This document shows positions 27,002 to 39,417 of a DNA stretch of 64,000 nt, piece by piece. The position numbers and the translations under genes were made by a program. How positions within the stretch are numbered: position 1 is the stretch's first letter; every line of letters begins with the position of its first letter. The notes under the pieces were generated by a model. That model was not told the DNA's origin. It was given only the letters and a program-made list of their open reading frames with translations, and did no database searches. The stretch comes from Botryllus schlosseri (lineage: Eukaryota), in the NCBI GenBank assembly GCA_051294905.1, contig CM119374.1, positions 21,700,001 through 21,764,000 of the forward strand. Direction: 5' to 3'.

Positions 27002-29670
27002 ACAGATAATATAAGTCTTCTCGGTTCGACGAGCTTATACGCGTAAGCTCTACTCTCGCACACTGCGCAATGCACATACACGTATATAATAACATACAGT
27101 CAGTAAAATTTGACGTACTAAGCAAGTAGTGAGGAATCTAGGCAGACTGGGGTCGCGGGTCACATTATCATGTAAGACGGAAAACTGTCCGCGGGCCGGA
27201 CAAAATCCCTTCGCGGGCTGGATCCGGCCCTCGGGCCGTATGTTGCCTGCCCTTGGCTTAACCGGAAAAAATTCGACAGAATTTATGTAAATTTAGAACT
27301 TTTTGTATTCGGATTCTGAGATACTTCGAATTAGCGCTGCGATGACCGAAATTTATATTGTTCAGGACCCGTCTTTGGATCGCAAGCCATACATCGGGGA
27401 AATGATGTAGCATATTGAAGAAAATGGCTCAGGAGTGACTGTGTTTTAATTGAAATCGTTCATTCCGAATGGTTGTCCAACAATGACTTCGTTACTCGAA
27501 TACGAATGGCGAATTGGTAATCGTTACATAGGTGTCTTTTCTACTCTCACAGGAAACTAAATTATGCGTTCATGGGGCAGCGTTGACAACAACAAATCTG
27601 TATGGGTTTACATAATTAAACATTACAAACCAGTATATTCTTGTTAAATTCAATAGCAATTACCAGAATGTGCGTCATGCAGTAGACGTTTGTATTTCAA
27701 AACAGAACATGATGCATGCATTTGTAGCAATCCTAGAAAGTAAAATATTTCCATCAACTATATTGGTTCATTTTCATTTACAAAAAAGTCAGCTGTTGCA
27801 TAGATGGTGGTGATAATAATTGGTTAAATTCTGACAAACATGTTCCGTATTCAAACCTCCGTGAAGTTGTAGTCTATTTTGAGACGGCTTTGTGCTAATC
27901 TGAGGAACCGTGACTCTATCTTTAGAACGCTTCAGTACTATATTTACACAAATGTATGCTAGTTGCATTGCTTCGATTTAATCCCCGGTCAACTATTGTC
28001 GTCGCACGGCTGCGTAGTGGTTGCAACGGTATATGAAGGGTTATACAAGAGACAGCTGGTTGCAAATGTGCAGATTTCCCTTCTCAAAATTGATTGCAAT
28101 ACCTATTTCCAGTTATCTCGTCTGTGGTTTTGTTGATGTTTGTTAGTGTTGAGCGGTTTCAAATTGTGACTAGTTGATTCGATTTATAGTATTGCCATAT
28201 AATTACAAATCTCCACTACTAGATGTTTTGGCTATACGCAAAGTCCAATTCACATATATTCCGCTGTAGGTATTGTTGATTCAGTTTATACGACATTCAT
28301 TCTTCAGTTGTGATTCAATTAATAAAAATGTTTAGCAAAAGCTAACTCAACGCCAAAATACAATATATTAACGTCAGCACCACTACCACTCAATTTAAAA
28401 TAAACAAATCGCCCCAATTTTTAATATGAAATAGTATATATGTAAGATCATACGATTTTCGTATGTGATCCTGACTCGGTACTAGAAATCACCAATATCA
28501 AATAATTAATTCCATGTCCTAATCATCAGCTATTTCACATTATGAGGGTGGGTGCTCGAATATACATCATATACTACTTAAGTACTGCCGCGTCGATGTG
28601 TAACGCTAGATGCTGCGTGGTATATATGACGATGTTGATTCCGATAAAAAAATTACTATGATCGTAAGCAACTTCGCTGTTCTAGTTACATTTTTTTATT
28701 ATTAACTAAACAATGTGTTGATCGAAATTAGAAATTAGGATTTAGCAAAGCTAGTGCTGAGGTTAAGAGAGTTTGATTCATATATCGCATCCGAGTGACC
28801 AATTTAATAAAATATTTATTATCGATTCAAAGTAAATGCGCTTTCATGCTTGCCTTGTTACTTACGATATTTCTAGTGTACAGAAATACACTTATTATGC
28901 AATGTAAGTTATGGTACAACAATACTTTCAAAAATATATCCGTGAAACGTGACTGACCTGGCATATGTACTGGCTGCGTGTAACATTTAAGCAGGCTGTT
29001 TGCGGATGTGAGATATCAGAAATCACGATGCAAACTGATATTCTGTCACGTAGCAAAACAGCATCACCGGAATTTATACAAAAAAGTTCCAATTAGTGCA
29101 AGCTTATTTTCCCCCATTTCATGAAGCGGTGTCGTCACGTTTCCACGTTTAATAGTTTTCAAGTTAGTGTGAGAAATCGATAGGGTGTTCAATATGCGTA
29201 CTCTTTTTTTACCTGTAGTTGGGTAAGTATTCGGGCCTGAGTAATGGACTATAAGTTGAAGAGATCTCGTAAACGATAACGATGGAGAAATTGTGAAGCA
29301 TTCCAAATCACGATACGACCACCAAAGTTACAAGTTGGCACGGCGCCTCTAGTGACAAGGTGTCATCACGTAATCTGTAGTTTGAGTTCGTTACACGAAC
29401 CAGAAACGTATAAATCGTGTGTTACCCAATCACAATCGTGGATTGCAGTGCTTCCCCGCTGCAAAGTCTTCGGCACACAGAAAGTATGCCCTTCGTTTGG
29501 CGTCACAATTCTATTTCAAGACACCACTCTATGAATAGCCCACAACATCGCAGTACAAACAAGGTACACAATAGGTGGGCACACAAGAATATCCTTCTGT
29601 AGTCCCCGTGACGTATTACGTTGTTGTAGTGCCTCTGGTTGCGAACGAAACTACGTACTATATCAGACAA

Positions 29671-29718
29671 AACGAGAGTTTCCGAGTATATATCCGACGA
29701 AACGAGAGTTTCCGAGTA
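29671..29718 (+). promoter_or_regulatory. 18-bp direct repeat AACGAGAGTTTCCGAGTA, two copies at 30-bp spacing, upstream of the TATA box
   Basis: Exact copies at 29671-29688 and 29701-29718. Confidence 0.6.
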
Positions 29719-29744
29719 GCACGCGAGAAAAAGGGACAGCAAGT

Positions 29745-29753
29745 ATATAAAGC
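29745..29753 (+). promoter_or_regulatory. TATA box
   Basis: TATATAAAG 76 bp before the ATG, with similar spacing in three other copies. Confidence 0.7.
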
Positions 29754-29820
29754 AGGCTGAGCGCGGAGCGTGTCTAATACAGAATCAGCTACAACTGTCG
29801 CTCCTACAAGAATATAGAAA

Positions 29821-30537
29821 ATGTTTGATAAACTTCACAGATGGAATGCTCCGGCTTCTCAAACCTACTCGGATGTCATCAATTCGTTAGAAGATGCAAC
29901 TACGTTTAGCTTCACTGTCCGTAAAGAGCAGCGAGAGCCTTTCAGGCATACTTGCATCGAACTGCAATTCGACAATGAAGCCTGCTACACCGTAAATCGA
30001 CGGATACCCGACAAAACCTCATTGGCAGTGGCGGTGCTCGGAGCCCGTGCCGTTACTTACATCGAAAGGGCAAAGAGTGTTACGTCTGAAAACTGTAGGA
30101 CAATATTCAAAACTCAAAATAAATCAGAATCAGAAGCGGTCATAAAAGAATTACTGCAAGACGCAGAAGAAGTATACAACTTGTGGGATAAAAATTGCCG
30201 AGACCACGTCACAACCATGGTGCTAAAAGCAATGAAAGACAGAACATGGGAATATACGTCGAAATCTGACTTTTTAAATTTCGTTGAAAAAGTTCGAGAA
30301 GAAGACCGCCAGCGAGTCGCGGCTATTTTTATTTTCTACGCTTTTTCTATTTTACAAATATCATCAGCAATTTTTATTTTCAACGCCGCCATGGCCTTAA
30401 TATTATTTAAATACGATAAATATTCGAGAAGCATAATGACGTTGTTGGTGCTTTCGATAACGCCGGTAAATGCGTTTAATGCCGGTGCTAAAATGGGTTA
30501 CTTTCGCCAACTGCGAGCTGTCTCTTCTATATTTTGA
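29821..30537 (+). CDS. Intronless 238-aa permuted papain-like (LRAT/PPPDE/DUF778-like) protein with a C-terminal membrane segment
   Basis: Intact ORF with H43 in FRHTCIE and C126 in YNLWDKNCRDHV. Hydrophobic residues at about 166-196 and 205-221. It has a TATA box, an AATAAA and several paralogues. Confidence 0.9.
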   Translation: MFDKLHRWNAPASQTYSDVINSLEDATTFSFTVRKEQREPFRHTCIELQFDNEACYTVNRRIPDKTSLAVAVLGARAVTYIERAKSVTSENCRTIFKTQNKSESEAVIKELLQDAEEVYNLWDKNCRDHVTTMVLKAMKDRTWEYTSKSDFLNFVEKVREEDRQRVAAIFIFYAFSILQISSAIFIFNAAMALILFKYDKYSRSIMTLLVLSITPVNAFNAGAKMGYFRQLRAVSSIF

Positions 30538-30637
30538 ATGCTTATGACTGTTATTCATTTCACCGACCAAGTGCAATATTTTACCAATCAATTGTCCAGC
30601 TACTGTGTTATCCTATCACTGTGATATTTATTACCTA

Positions 30638-30643
30638 AATAAA
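30638..30643 (+). terminator. Polyadenylation signal
   Basis: AATAAA about 100 bp after the stop. Equivalent signals occur at 43912 and 55378. Confidence 0.55.
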
Positions 30644-33600
30644 TAATATCTTATACAAGAGACGCTACGGTGAAGTATACTTATTGGAAACTTGAGCGTT
30701 ATTCAGCAAATGCCAGGATGAAACATGGTTTCTGTCAGTAGCAGTGTGTAGACTGCATGAGGAGGAAGGAATACAGCATAGATAGAACAAATCGTGTGCC
30801 ATTCGCGACTGAAACGTCTCATACCCAGAGCTTAGCGAAACATAAGTGGCTCCAAACCTCTGTGTGGTTGTGGCACAGGTTACGTATTGACAATATTCCG
30901 TCGCCCACCAGCTGAAAATATAGGAGGATTGTTGTATTTGAAACATAGTAATCACAAGTAAGCGGACAGTGATGATTGCCAATAAAGTTAGATGCGAGGT
31001 TCTTACGTCGTTGACGGTAAATTTGAGTTTGTTTCAGTTGATATACAAATTTGGAAATGTGATTCAGTGATTGCTGGAATAAAAATACGAAGGAAGCTGA
31101 ATACGAAACTTTTACGGACTTCATCATTTTACATAGATTTCTTTGACAAATCGTTGAATTATTCCGCGGCCCACAGGTTAAAGATCATGTTTGTTAAGAC
31201 AGACGCAGACAGACGCTTAGCCTCGTGTGGATAGGAATTAGTATTGGACTTTATAAACCAGCACAACGCATCGGCCTTTTTTTGGTGCGAGTCCATATGT
31301 CGGATATACTTAATTATATGACCAAGGGGGAAGTGTGACCAAATTTGCCAAATGATATGCATAGATAGAAATTAATACCATTCGAGTAATCAAACTGGCA
31401 TGCAGTGTCAGCTTTTAAGGCGAATTTACTGTGAAGCTTGAATTTCTGCCGACAGATCTCTACCCCTCGAGAGTTCGGACGATTCTACTGGTGATAGACC
31501 GGCATTGTGAGCCATTTGTTATGACAAAGACTTCATCAGACTCGATTTCAATAATGATTGCAATTTGAATGGGTATCATATTCAGCATAAATACACAATA
31601 TCCATGCACATATTTATTCAAGGAATCCATCAGTATTGTTTAATTCCCGATTTGGAATCATCAGTCGCAATAATTACGACGGCTAGAGATTTTTTAGCGA
31701 ATATGACTGGCTTAGTTTGAATTTCAGTAAGATTGATTAGTAGATGCGAAACCAATAATTTTCGACTGATCACACATTTAGAGGGGTAGTTATACAAAAA
31801 TGGTATTTATTAATTCGATTCCCCCTAAAGAGTAAATCCTCGTCTGATAACTCTTTTCGAACCCACGTATTCTCCAGGTAATAAGTAAATAGAATGAGTA
31901 CAGAATGACGAGTGTATTCTGCTCATGCCAAATCCAAGCGCAGTGAAATCAATAGAACACAGATGTGTTAAACATGCCATATATTTTTTCTTCACTGACG
32001 CTGATATTCTTTCGTGTCACGCAAGAGGTTAAGCTATATTTACACCAATCCTCAAATGATGCCGATGTATAACCGATGCATAACGCGTTGCCTGCGCATT
32101 ACTAAGCTAAATATTGCTACGTTAGGCACAGGCACGGAAACCGTCTCTACGGGAGGATGTGCTCTGACTCTCTTACTTGAAAATGATGTCGGCGAATTTA
32201 TTCAATAGTTTCATGCGAGTGCCAAGGCCAAATCCAATCTTGCACGCCCCTGGTGTACATACCGCTTATGTGCAGCAGACATGGGGTGATTACTTCATGA
32301 ATGTAATCGATTGCGATTACGATTACTTCTGAATCACGCGATTACGATTACGATTACGATTACAGCAAAATCAGGAAGTAGTCGATTACGATTACGATTA
32401 CATTGTAAAAGTAATCACGATTACTGACGATTTCATTTATTTTGCTTCTTAGAACTAAACTCAGAACATATATTGGAAGACAATTTAAGGATTGCGATGA
32501 AAAGGCCTAATGAGAAAACAACTTTCTTTTAATTGATGCGTCATTTGTTTGTTACGTCATAACGTACCCATTGCCCTACTTCACAGGGGACGGCATATCG
32601 CACCCTACGATTTGCCTTCTTGCCAGGTCCGTAACTGCCGCACCCCAAACTCCCCATTGGGGTAGGGAGCGACCTCAAAGGGTACTCAAATATATTTCGT
32701 AAACCAACATAAATTATAGAGTATTTTCGAGATACGGTATTTAATTAATTTTAAAATATTCTTCGAGCTTCGCGATTTAAATGTCTCTAGATAGCTTGTA
32801 GTGAATTGAAATGCATACTTATCTCCCTCAAGAAAAAGGCATGCATAATTTATAGGAATGGGGATTTCGTTGCCGGTCATTACCGCGCCACGACACACCA
32901 AAAGTCATGCTCTTTCGGTCAACATGCGACATGCTATATTAAAGAAAGAAATTGGCCGAAACTTTGGGTATGTGTCCATTGTCAATAGCCACGCTGGTTG
33001 GGTGTGACTAATAGTCCTGTCCTTCCGATCCGAGCCCACAATACAATTGCCACCTGGGGCATCCACAGAGGAATAAAGACATGAGAATTTGTGTGTGCGT
33101 CTCACGTGCTACGTTTTGGCGACAACAATCTTTTGAACAGACCTGTGGTCACGAGTCAACAACATACAATCAAGTCATATCATAACAACGTACCAGATGC
33201 TATAATAATGAATTACGCGTCCCCCGCTCTAACTGTAAACCTGGCCCTCGGGGGCTGAGAGAGAATCAAAAATGAATAGTAATTTAATGCAATTACTAAT
33301 ATTATTGACGAAATCCAGTCTTCAACTTGAAAATTAACCGTCCTATGGGGGCCCCAAGACCAACGTTTAAAGTGGGGGAGGAATTGCTGTTTTAGTCCTG
33401 ATTCTAGCTACCACCGACGCAGGCGGCAGGTCCAAATGTTGAGTAAAGAATTACGAAATAACGATTGGCCCCTATTCAAGGATAGTAATATAAGAATAAG
33501 ATTAAGAATAAGAACATAAAATTCTGCCATCCACATAATACTGATACTGCAAGCTGCCATTACGAGAAACAACAAAGAGCGTCTTGGTTATGATATATAT

Positions 33601-33906
33601 CAGCAGCTGCTGATTTTTAATGCTTCGTTGTCGAAATCGTAATATTATTTGACGAGTACAAATTTTCAAATCTTTGTCCAGTCAGTGTACGTTTGTACCT
33701 ACTACATAGGCCTGCTGCTCGCCAAGCAGCCAAGGTCAAACTGCATTTAACTAAGCATAACCAAACATACAATACATAAGTTACTATTTGAAACTATAGG
33801 CAGAGTTGTGATCATTATCCTGTGGCGAGGTAATGGCGACTCAAGTGTTTTGATAACCTGATATACAGCACGGCGGGTGCTCTTACAATCACACTACCAT
33901 CTACAT

Positions 33907-34515
33907 CAGGGGTGTCAAACATCCGGCCCGTCAGACGATTTCATCCGAAGCCATTCAGAGTAGTTTGAAAATGCTTCTAATATCCAGCACATTTCTAACG
34001 ACTGTTGAATTTTTTAGTAAGGATTACTTCCATCAAACAATCCCGCAAGACAGCAAATGTCGAGCATGGTCAGGCCACATTAAAGCCATCTGAGAGTGGT
34101 ATTGTATTTTAACTCTATACATCATTAGAAACAAAATCGGCGATATTAGCATCCAATTCCAACACTGGATTTCGAGCTCTATGCCAAAAATTACCGAGAG
34201 ATAGTTATTCACAGAAACGAAATCGCCAGTGCGAAACTGTTATGTTCAAGTCACGAAAATAGACTTCAAATATCCATGATCGCAGATTCGCAGTACTGTT
34301 TCCCTTCGGACTCAAAAGTTCCCGGCTCCCAGAGAAAACCGTATCAAGATTTCATATTAGCCTAATGAGCTAAATTTCAACGTCCGAGTTTACGGTTATA
34401 CATACAAGTCAATGGATTTTGAGCTAACACTATGGAATCATTTCAATAGTGCGGCCCGCGAGCGACTTGGAGGTTGGTATCCGGCCCGCCATGCAAGTTG
34501 AGTTTGACAACCCTG
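33907..34515. mobile_element. Nested non-autonomous hAT element
   Basis: CAGGGGTGTCAAAC / GTTTGACAACCCTG, with flanks ATCTACAT / ACCTATAT (6 of 8). Confidence 0.8.
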
Positions 34516-34630
34516 ACCTATATCGAATATGTATTTATATGTGCGGAGACTTCTTACGCAATGACGAGCAAAGCTAATACTTCTGACGTAATAATGAGCA
34601 GTCGCTCACTTGGTATAATCATGGAAAACT

Positions 34631-34672
34631 GGTATAATATGGTATAATATGGTATGGTATAATATGGTATAA
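34631..34672. repeat. GGTATAATAT tandem repeat
   Basis: About four units read directly from the sequence. Confidence 0.8.
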
Positions 34673-35973
34673 TCTATATTCCTTGTTCACAAATGTTCAG
34701 TTGATGTCATAGTCCTTATACAAATAAAAAGGAATCGTACTTTCGCAAAGAAATCGATTAGATATGGGAAGTAGTCGATTACGATTACGATTACTTCGGA
34801 TTTTTTTCGAATGTAGTCGATTGCGATTACGATTACTTGAAAATGCTGTAATCGTCGTAATCGATTACGATTACTAATCGCGATTACCCCATGTCTGAAT
34901 TGTGTAGTACGGGATATTGCCTGTTATCGTTGGCATATATCCCCCAGATGCTGAATTTTACACTAGCACATCGGTTGGTATGTATAGCGTATCTGGGGTG
35001 AGACGATGTACTATGCTTTATGCCGGAAGGCCTGACAAGGACGACTTATTCGTGGTATTGCTGCAAAGACACTGTTTGTGCGCTAGGAATGTGCCGTACG
35101 TGAAAAAGGTTATGTCCGCTTCAAAAAGTTATAATAAATCTGTTGCGTTGGAGGCGGAGCTTCGGAAATACTACTACAACTAAACCGGTTTATGATCTAG
35201 CAACTAACACAAATAGAATATAAACAAAAACCCTAATTACTTATCGTTATCACCGGCGTCGAGCGTACGAAATACGAGACTTGTTTCGCGCGAAATACGA
35301 TACTGAAGGACGACCCATCTGTAGGAATAAGCAAACGTAGGAATAAGCAAACGTAGAGTAAGGTAACGAAAGTATGACGTGTCTCAGCTACATTTATCAC
35401 TTTAGCGCCTGGCATCTGTGGAATGCGCAGGGGTTAACTGCGTAATCGCGACGATAAATGAACTCTCTTAATCTTCGGGTATAGGTCTACTAGTGAAATT
35501 TGTGTATTGCATAATAGCAACATGTGCGAATCCCTTAAACGCTAATTTTGTTAGACATATATCGTGGTTATACTTTTATAAACTCTGCGTACATAACGTG
35601 CCCTAATTTAGAACTTTTTGCAACATCCTAATATTCCGGGAAAACTAAACGACGTTTTCTTTACCCCATCTGTGCGCAGAGTGCATGGGCGCTCTATTAT
35701 GACATAATTCTATGGATTTGCAGTTACGGAAAGGCACCTACATATCATATCGAGAAATCCTGTACAAAACGTCATTGCCATATGTATCATTTCTTTGTGA
35801 TATCGACTCATATTGTTGTTGTTGTCTATTAAAAGACAAATTAGGCGCTTAATCACCAGTTGGATCGATTCATATAAGCGGATGTAAGGGTTTGCGTCGA
35901 TATGTGTTGCATTGAAGATATATAGTACTGGAAATACACAAAATCAGCATTACATATGTGAGAAAGTGCAGGA

Positions 35974-36241
35974 TATATAAGGACGAGGTTAATTCCATCA
36001 TATATTGTTATTTGTAATCGAAACTTAACATCGCTACTGCGATGTATTTCCGATGAACAGTTCTGCATTAAGACGAATACGATTAAGGTCACCAAAGCAA
36101 TTGGTGTCATTGAAGGCGACAGTGGGACAATCCAGGGTGTGTTCTTGTCAAGTGAATCGAGGGGTGTTGACGTATGATGGGTATTTATACACTATGTATC
36201 GTGTACATGATGTGATAGGTTACGTTTGTACCATAGCGTAG
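35974..36241 (+). pseudogene. Possible eroded paralogue with a family-like promoter
   Basis: GAGAAAGTGCAGGATATATAAGG with an ATG 79 bp after the TATA. LTYDGYLYTMYRVHD against MQFDGKARYTVDLRI. Confidence 0.25.
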
Positions 36242-36910
36242 TGGACAAAATACATTCACTTGTTTCTCGTGGGTATAATTGAGATATACAATATAGTTTT
36301 TCCATACAAGGCATATCTTAAGCAGGAGTGTTAATATGCGTGATAGCTTTGTAGACTAAGCAATATATCCGTCCATGTGTCTGCCATGGCCACAACCAAG
36401 ATCTTAATAGCTCGGAGTCAATTCTGATATTATGACGGGATTCCAGTCGGATACGTCAACGCTTTAACTTAACAACAACAACAGTATATGTGAGAGACTG
36501 AATCTTTCGTTCACAACTTATAACCTTTTAGTTACCCGCTTCCGGCCGTCACGAAATTCGGAAATTCATGTATTTCTGCTGATCTGACCCTTGTTCACAA
36601 CAAACCTTGCATGATGTGCACCAGACCGTCTGGGGTGACAAGCGTCACGTCAATTCGCAGTATCTATATTAATATAACAATTATTAATTGGTGTTTAGAG
36701 TTGTGGTTAGAGCATTAAGCTATCTGATTGTATTCGCTATTCAACTATCCCGCCCAATGCAGTATTTAGGTTTTCTTGTTATAAAATGCAAACACACAGA
36801 AGTCCTTCATCGATCAAAGTGATATAGCGTACATATATAGCTTTATCATAAATTACGTCTGCGCTAAATCAACTTTCGAAGTATTTTGTAACAAATAGTA
36901 ATTGCATATA

Positions 36911-37271
36911 GGGTTGCATTTGAAACAAAAATCTATTTAAAACAAATATGTTTTTTTCATTTTTAAGCCATAGTCACAGTGGATTGACATTGACAATTGA
37001 AAATAAAGGGCGAATATACCTCCTTTGACGAAATATCTACGTACTATGGCTGTTAAACCGACTATTTTGAGAGTTCCAACCATCCCATATCGTATACGCC
37101 GGCTATATCGGGGGTAATCGTCCGTAGGCTCATACAACATGTTTTTGGAACGTATTTACACAACTATGACATAATTATACAAATTGCTGAAAAAGGCCTT
37201 TGTTTAAGACACTGTTCAAAACATGTGTTAAACAAAGTGTTTTAAACAATCATTTGTTTTAAATGCAACCC
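36911..37271. mobile_element. MITE with GGGTTGCATTT TIRs and TA TSD
   Basis: ta-GGGTTGCATTTGAAACAAA...TTTGTTTTAAATGCAACCC-ta. Homologous to 3165-4429. Confidence 0.85.
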
Positions 37272-37925
37272 TAATTGTACAACGTAGAACGCGTGCAATA
37301 TAATTCTAATGCAATATGACGCTTGAAGTTTGCTAATATTTATCTACATAAGCGTGAATTTACAAAACTACCGGTTTGTCGCATTGGCGTCAAGCGGTTG
37401 TGGCAATCTAGAGATCCGTGCGTGGTAGGTTTGATAATTTTTTGAATGTGCTCTTTGACTATGCAAAAGGTTGCGAAGCGTATCAAAATAAATAACAGCA
37501 TCAAAATAACTAAGATGTAATTGCTATCCGCAACGTTATGAAATGCTGAGCAAAACTAAATACCACGCGTGTTCAACGCAGAGTAACTACTACACTGCTA
37601 TAGTTACGACTCTATTGATAGAACAATTAAACAAATAGAACATAAACAAAATGCACAAACCGCTACCCGTTTGAAGTATATGAAACATGAGACAAGGTCC
37701 GCATAATATACAATACAAATGGCCGATATACATTGATTCTATGACGTACCCAAGGATCTCTGGAACTAGATATCCCTGTGACGTATACCGCAACCGTCTC
37801 CAAATTACTTTTTCTTTATACGCCGCGGTGGTTGCGGTATCTCCGGAATGTGCCGAAAATAAGTGCATACAAAACCGCGCGACGGTATTCTCTCGGATTG
37901 ACCGGTATCGCCTGAATTCCGAGGG

Positions 37926-37933
37926 TATAAAAG
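37926..37933 (+). promoter_or_regulatory. TATA box
   Basis: TATAAAAG 82 bp before ATG 38008. Confidence 0.6.
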
Positions 37934-38007
37934 GAGTACGAAATCGAAATCCGTCGTCATTGGTTCACACACGGTCGCACCACCGACCGACAGGTAACTT
38001 CGTCAGT

Positions 38008-38587
38008 ATGTTTCGCGAACTTCATCGACGGAACTCTGCCAAGTCGCGAAGTTATTTCGATATTATATCAACGTTAGATGAGTCGATGACCTTTGCGTTC
38101 ACAATCCGCAAAGAAAATGGCGAACCAATTCGACACACGTCAATAGAAATGCAATTCGACGGTAAAGCGCGATACACGGTAGATCTACGCATTGCATCCC
38201 GCACCGTCACTTACATCGAAAACGCTAACGAAGTGAGGTCGGAGAACTGCGGAATTGTGTTCCAGAGCACTAACAAAGTCGAATCGAAAGCAGTAATCGA
38301 CAAACTGCTTGGGGGGGACGGAGAAATGTTATACAATTCGTCTGGCAATATCAGCAAAGACCGCGTCGCCACGACAGTGGCAATCGCGATGGAAGGCAGA
38401 CCCTGGAAATGGACTTCTAAGCAAAAGGTTTTGGAATTTATTGAGAGTGCCCACACGGAAAATAGTAGAAGAGCGGGACTGGTTGTAATAGCTTGCATTG
38501 CATAGCGCGCATTTCGTAATTCTTTTCATCGATATTGCATTTGTTTTGGGTGCTTTCTCAGGTGTACTCATGACGGATTGCGTATAA
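38008..38587 (+). pseudogene. Divergent paralogue lacking the NC cysteine, with a frameshift before the membrane tail
   Basis: MFRELHRRNSAKS...EPIRHTSIEMQFD. The PDKTSLAVAVLG block is deleted and LYNSSGNISKDRV replaces YNLWDKNCRDHV. There is a stop at 38503-38505, and the hydrophobic tail ALHSAHFVILFIDIAFVLGAF lies in a shifted frame. Confidence 0.8.
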
Positions 38588-39417
38588 TTGCGAGTTGTTC
38601 ACTGTGAACGGATATCGTGTATTTTGTCAATTTCCAACAACCGCTCAACGACGCTTTCTATTTCCACAATTGCTCTTCCTTTACTTCCTTTTGTACTACA
38701 CCGTAAATGACGGGTGTCAAGCCTTGGTAACCTATATTCTGATTTTGCTGATGCCCTGATGGATTCAGTGACGTGACCGGGCGAAATGCACCTTTGCAGA
38801 CTACGATGCTGCGATATTTCTTGCGCGAATGCTGACGGATATGTTTTTTGCCCTTGAAAAGCTTTTGGTTCTCCGAATTTTCTAATATACGCAACATTTG
38901 TCAAATACGATGGGCATTGTACAGCTATTAAACGCTGAATTGAATACTTTGGTAGAAATCAGTAGAATTCTCCTATTTATATGTCAACTTAAAAGAGTAT
39001 TGGAAAATTTACGTAATGTCGTTGTCCAGCGTTTGTTAAGAAGGAATGAAGAGTATCCGCTTCATTCCGATTATGATACAGAGGGAAAATCCTATCGTAT
39101 ATATCCAGTGATAAATATAGTTGACAGACGTTTTTTATTTGCAACAAAAGATTATATCGGAGGAATAAGAAATTATTCCTCTACCCTCACAGAAATACCT
39201 TGACGAAGGAATGGAGGAAGGAAAAGGAAATTTTTTACGTAATCAAAAGCCAATCACAAGAGGTACAAGAACTAAGCCAGAAAGAAATGTGCCAGATCCT
39301 TGTTAAAAAGAAGACGCAACAAGGAGGAAACCGAATGTCGGACTGGAAACAGATATGGCTATACCAACCCAATATCAAAGATCACATTGACAACAAGCAA
39401 CGCGAGATCTCGTATAG

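Larger units (their letters stand above)
26087..27255. mobile_element. Non-autonomous hAT element containing two SINE copies
   Basis: Perfect 8-bp TSD GCTTAACC. TIRs CAGGGGCGGGCAAC / GTTGCCTGCCCTTG, with GCGGGCCGG subterminal motifs. Confidence 0.9.
32276..34897. mobile_element. Approximately 2.6-kb composite element with CAGACATGGGGT termini and (GATTAC)n subterminal arrays
   Basis: CAGACATGGGGTGAT at 32276 and ATTACCCCATGTCTG ending at 34897. GATTAC arrays lie at about 32290-32430 and 34770-34890. No clean TSD. Confidence 0.7.

Noticed and set aside
32014-32208. IATLGT as another paralogue (also YIER at about 19207)
   Set aside because: Single short motifs without ordered support.
32290-32430. 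(GATTAC)n as a satellite or telomere
   Set aside because: It is a subterminal array paired with 34770-34890 inside matching termini.
3165-37271. Shared GGGTTGCA MITE as a marker of co-duplication with the genes
   Set aside because: It lies downstream of the 2.7 kb copy but upstream of the 38 kb copy, so these are independent insertions.
37687-38007. N-terminal extension of the 272-aa ORF
   Set aside because: Family homology starts at ATG 38008, and a TATA box at 37926 lies within the extension.
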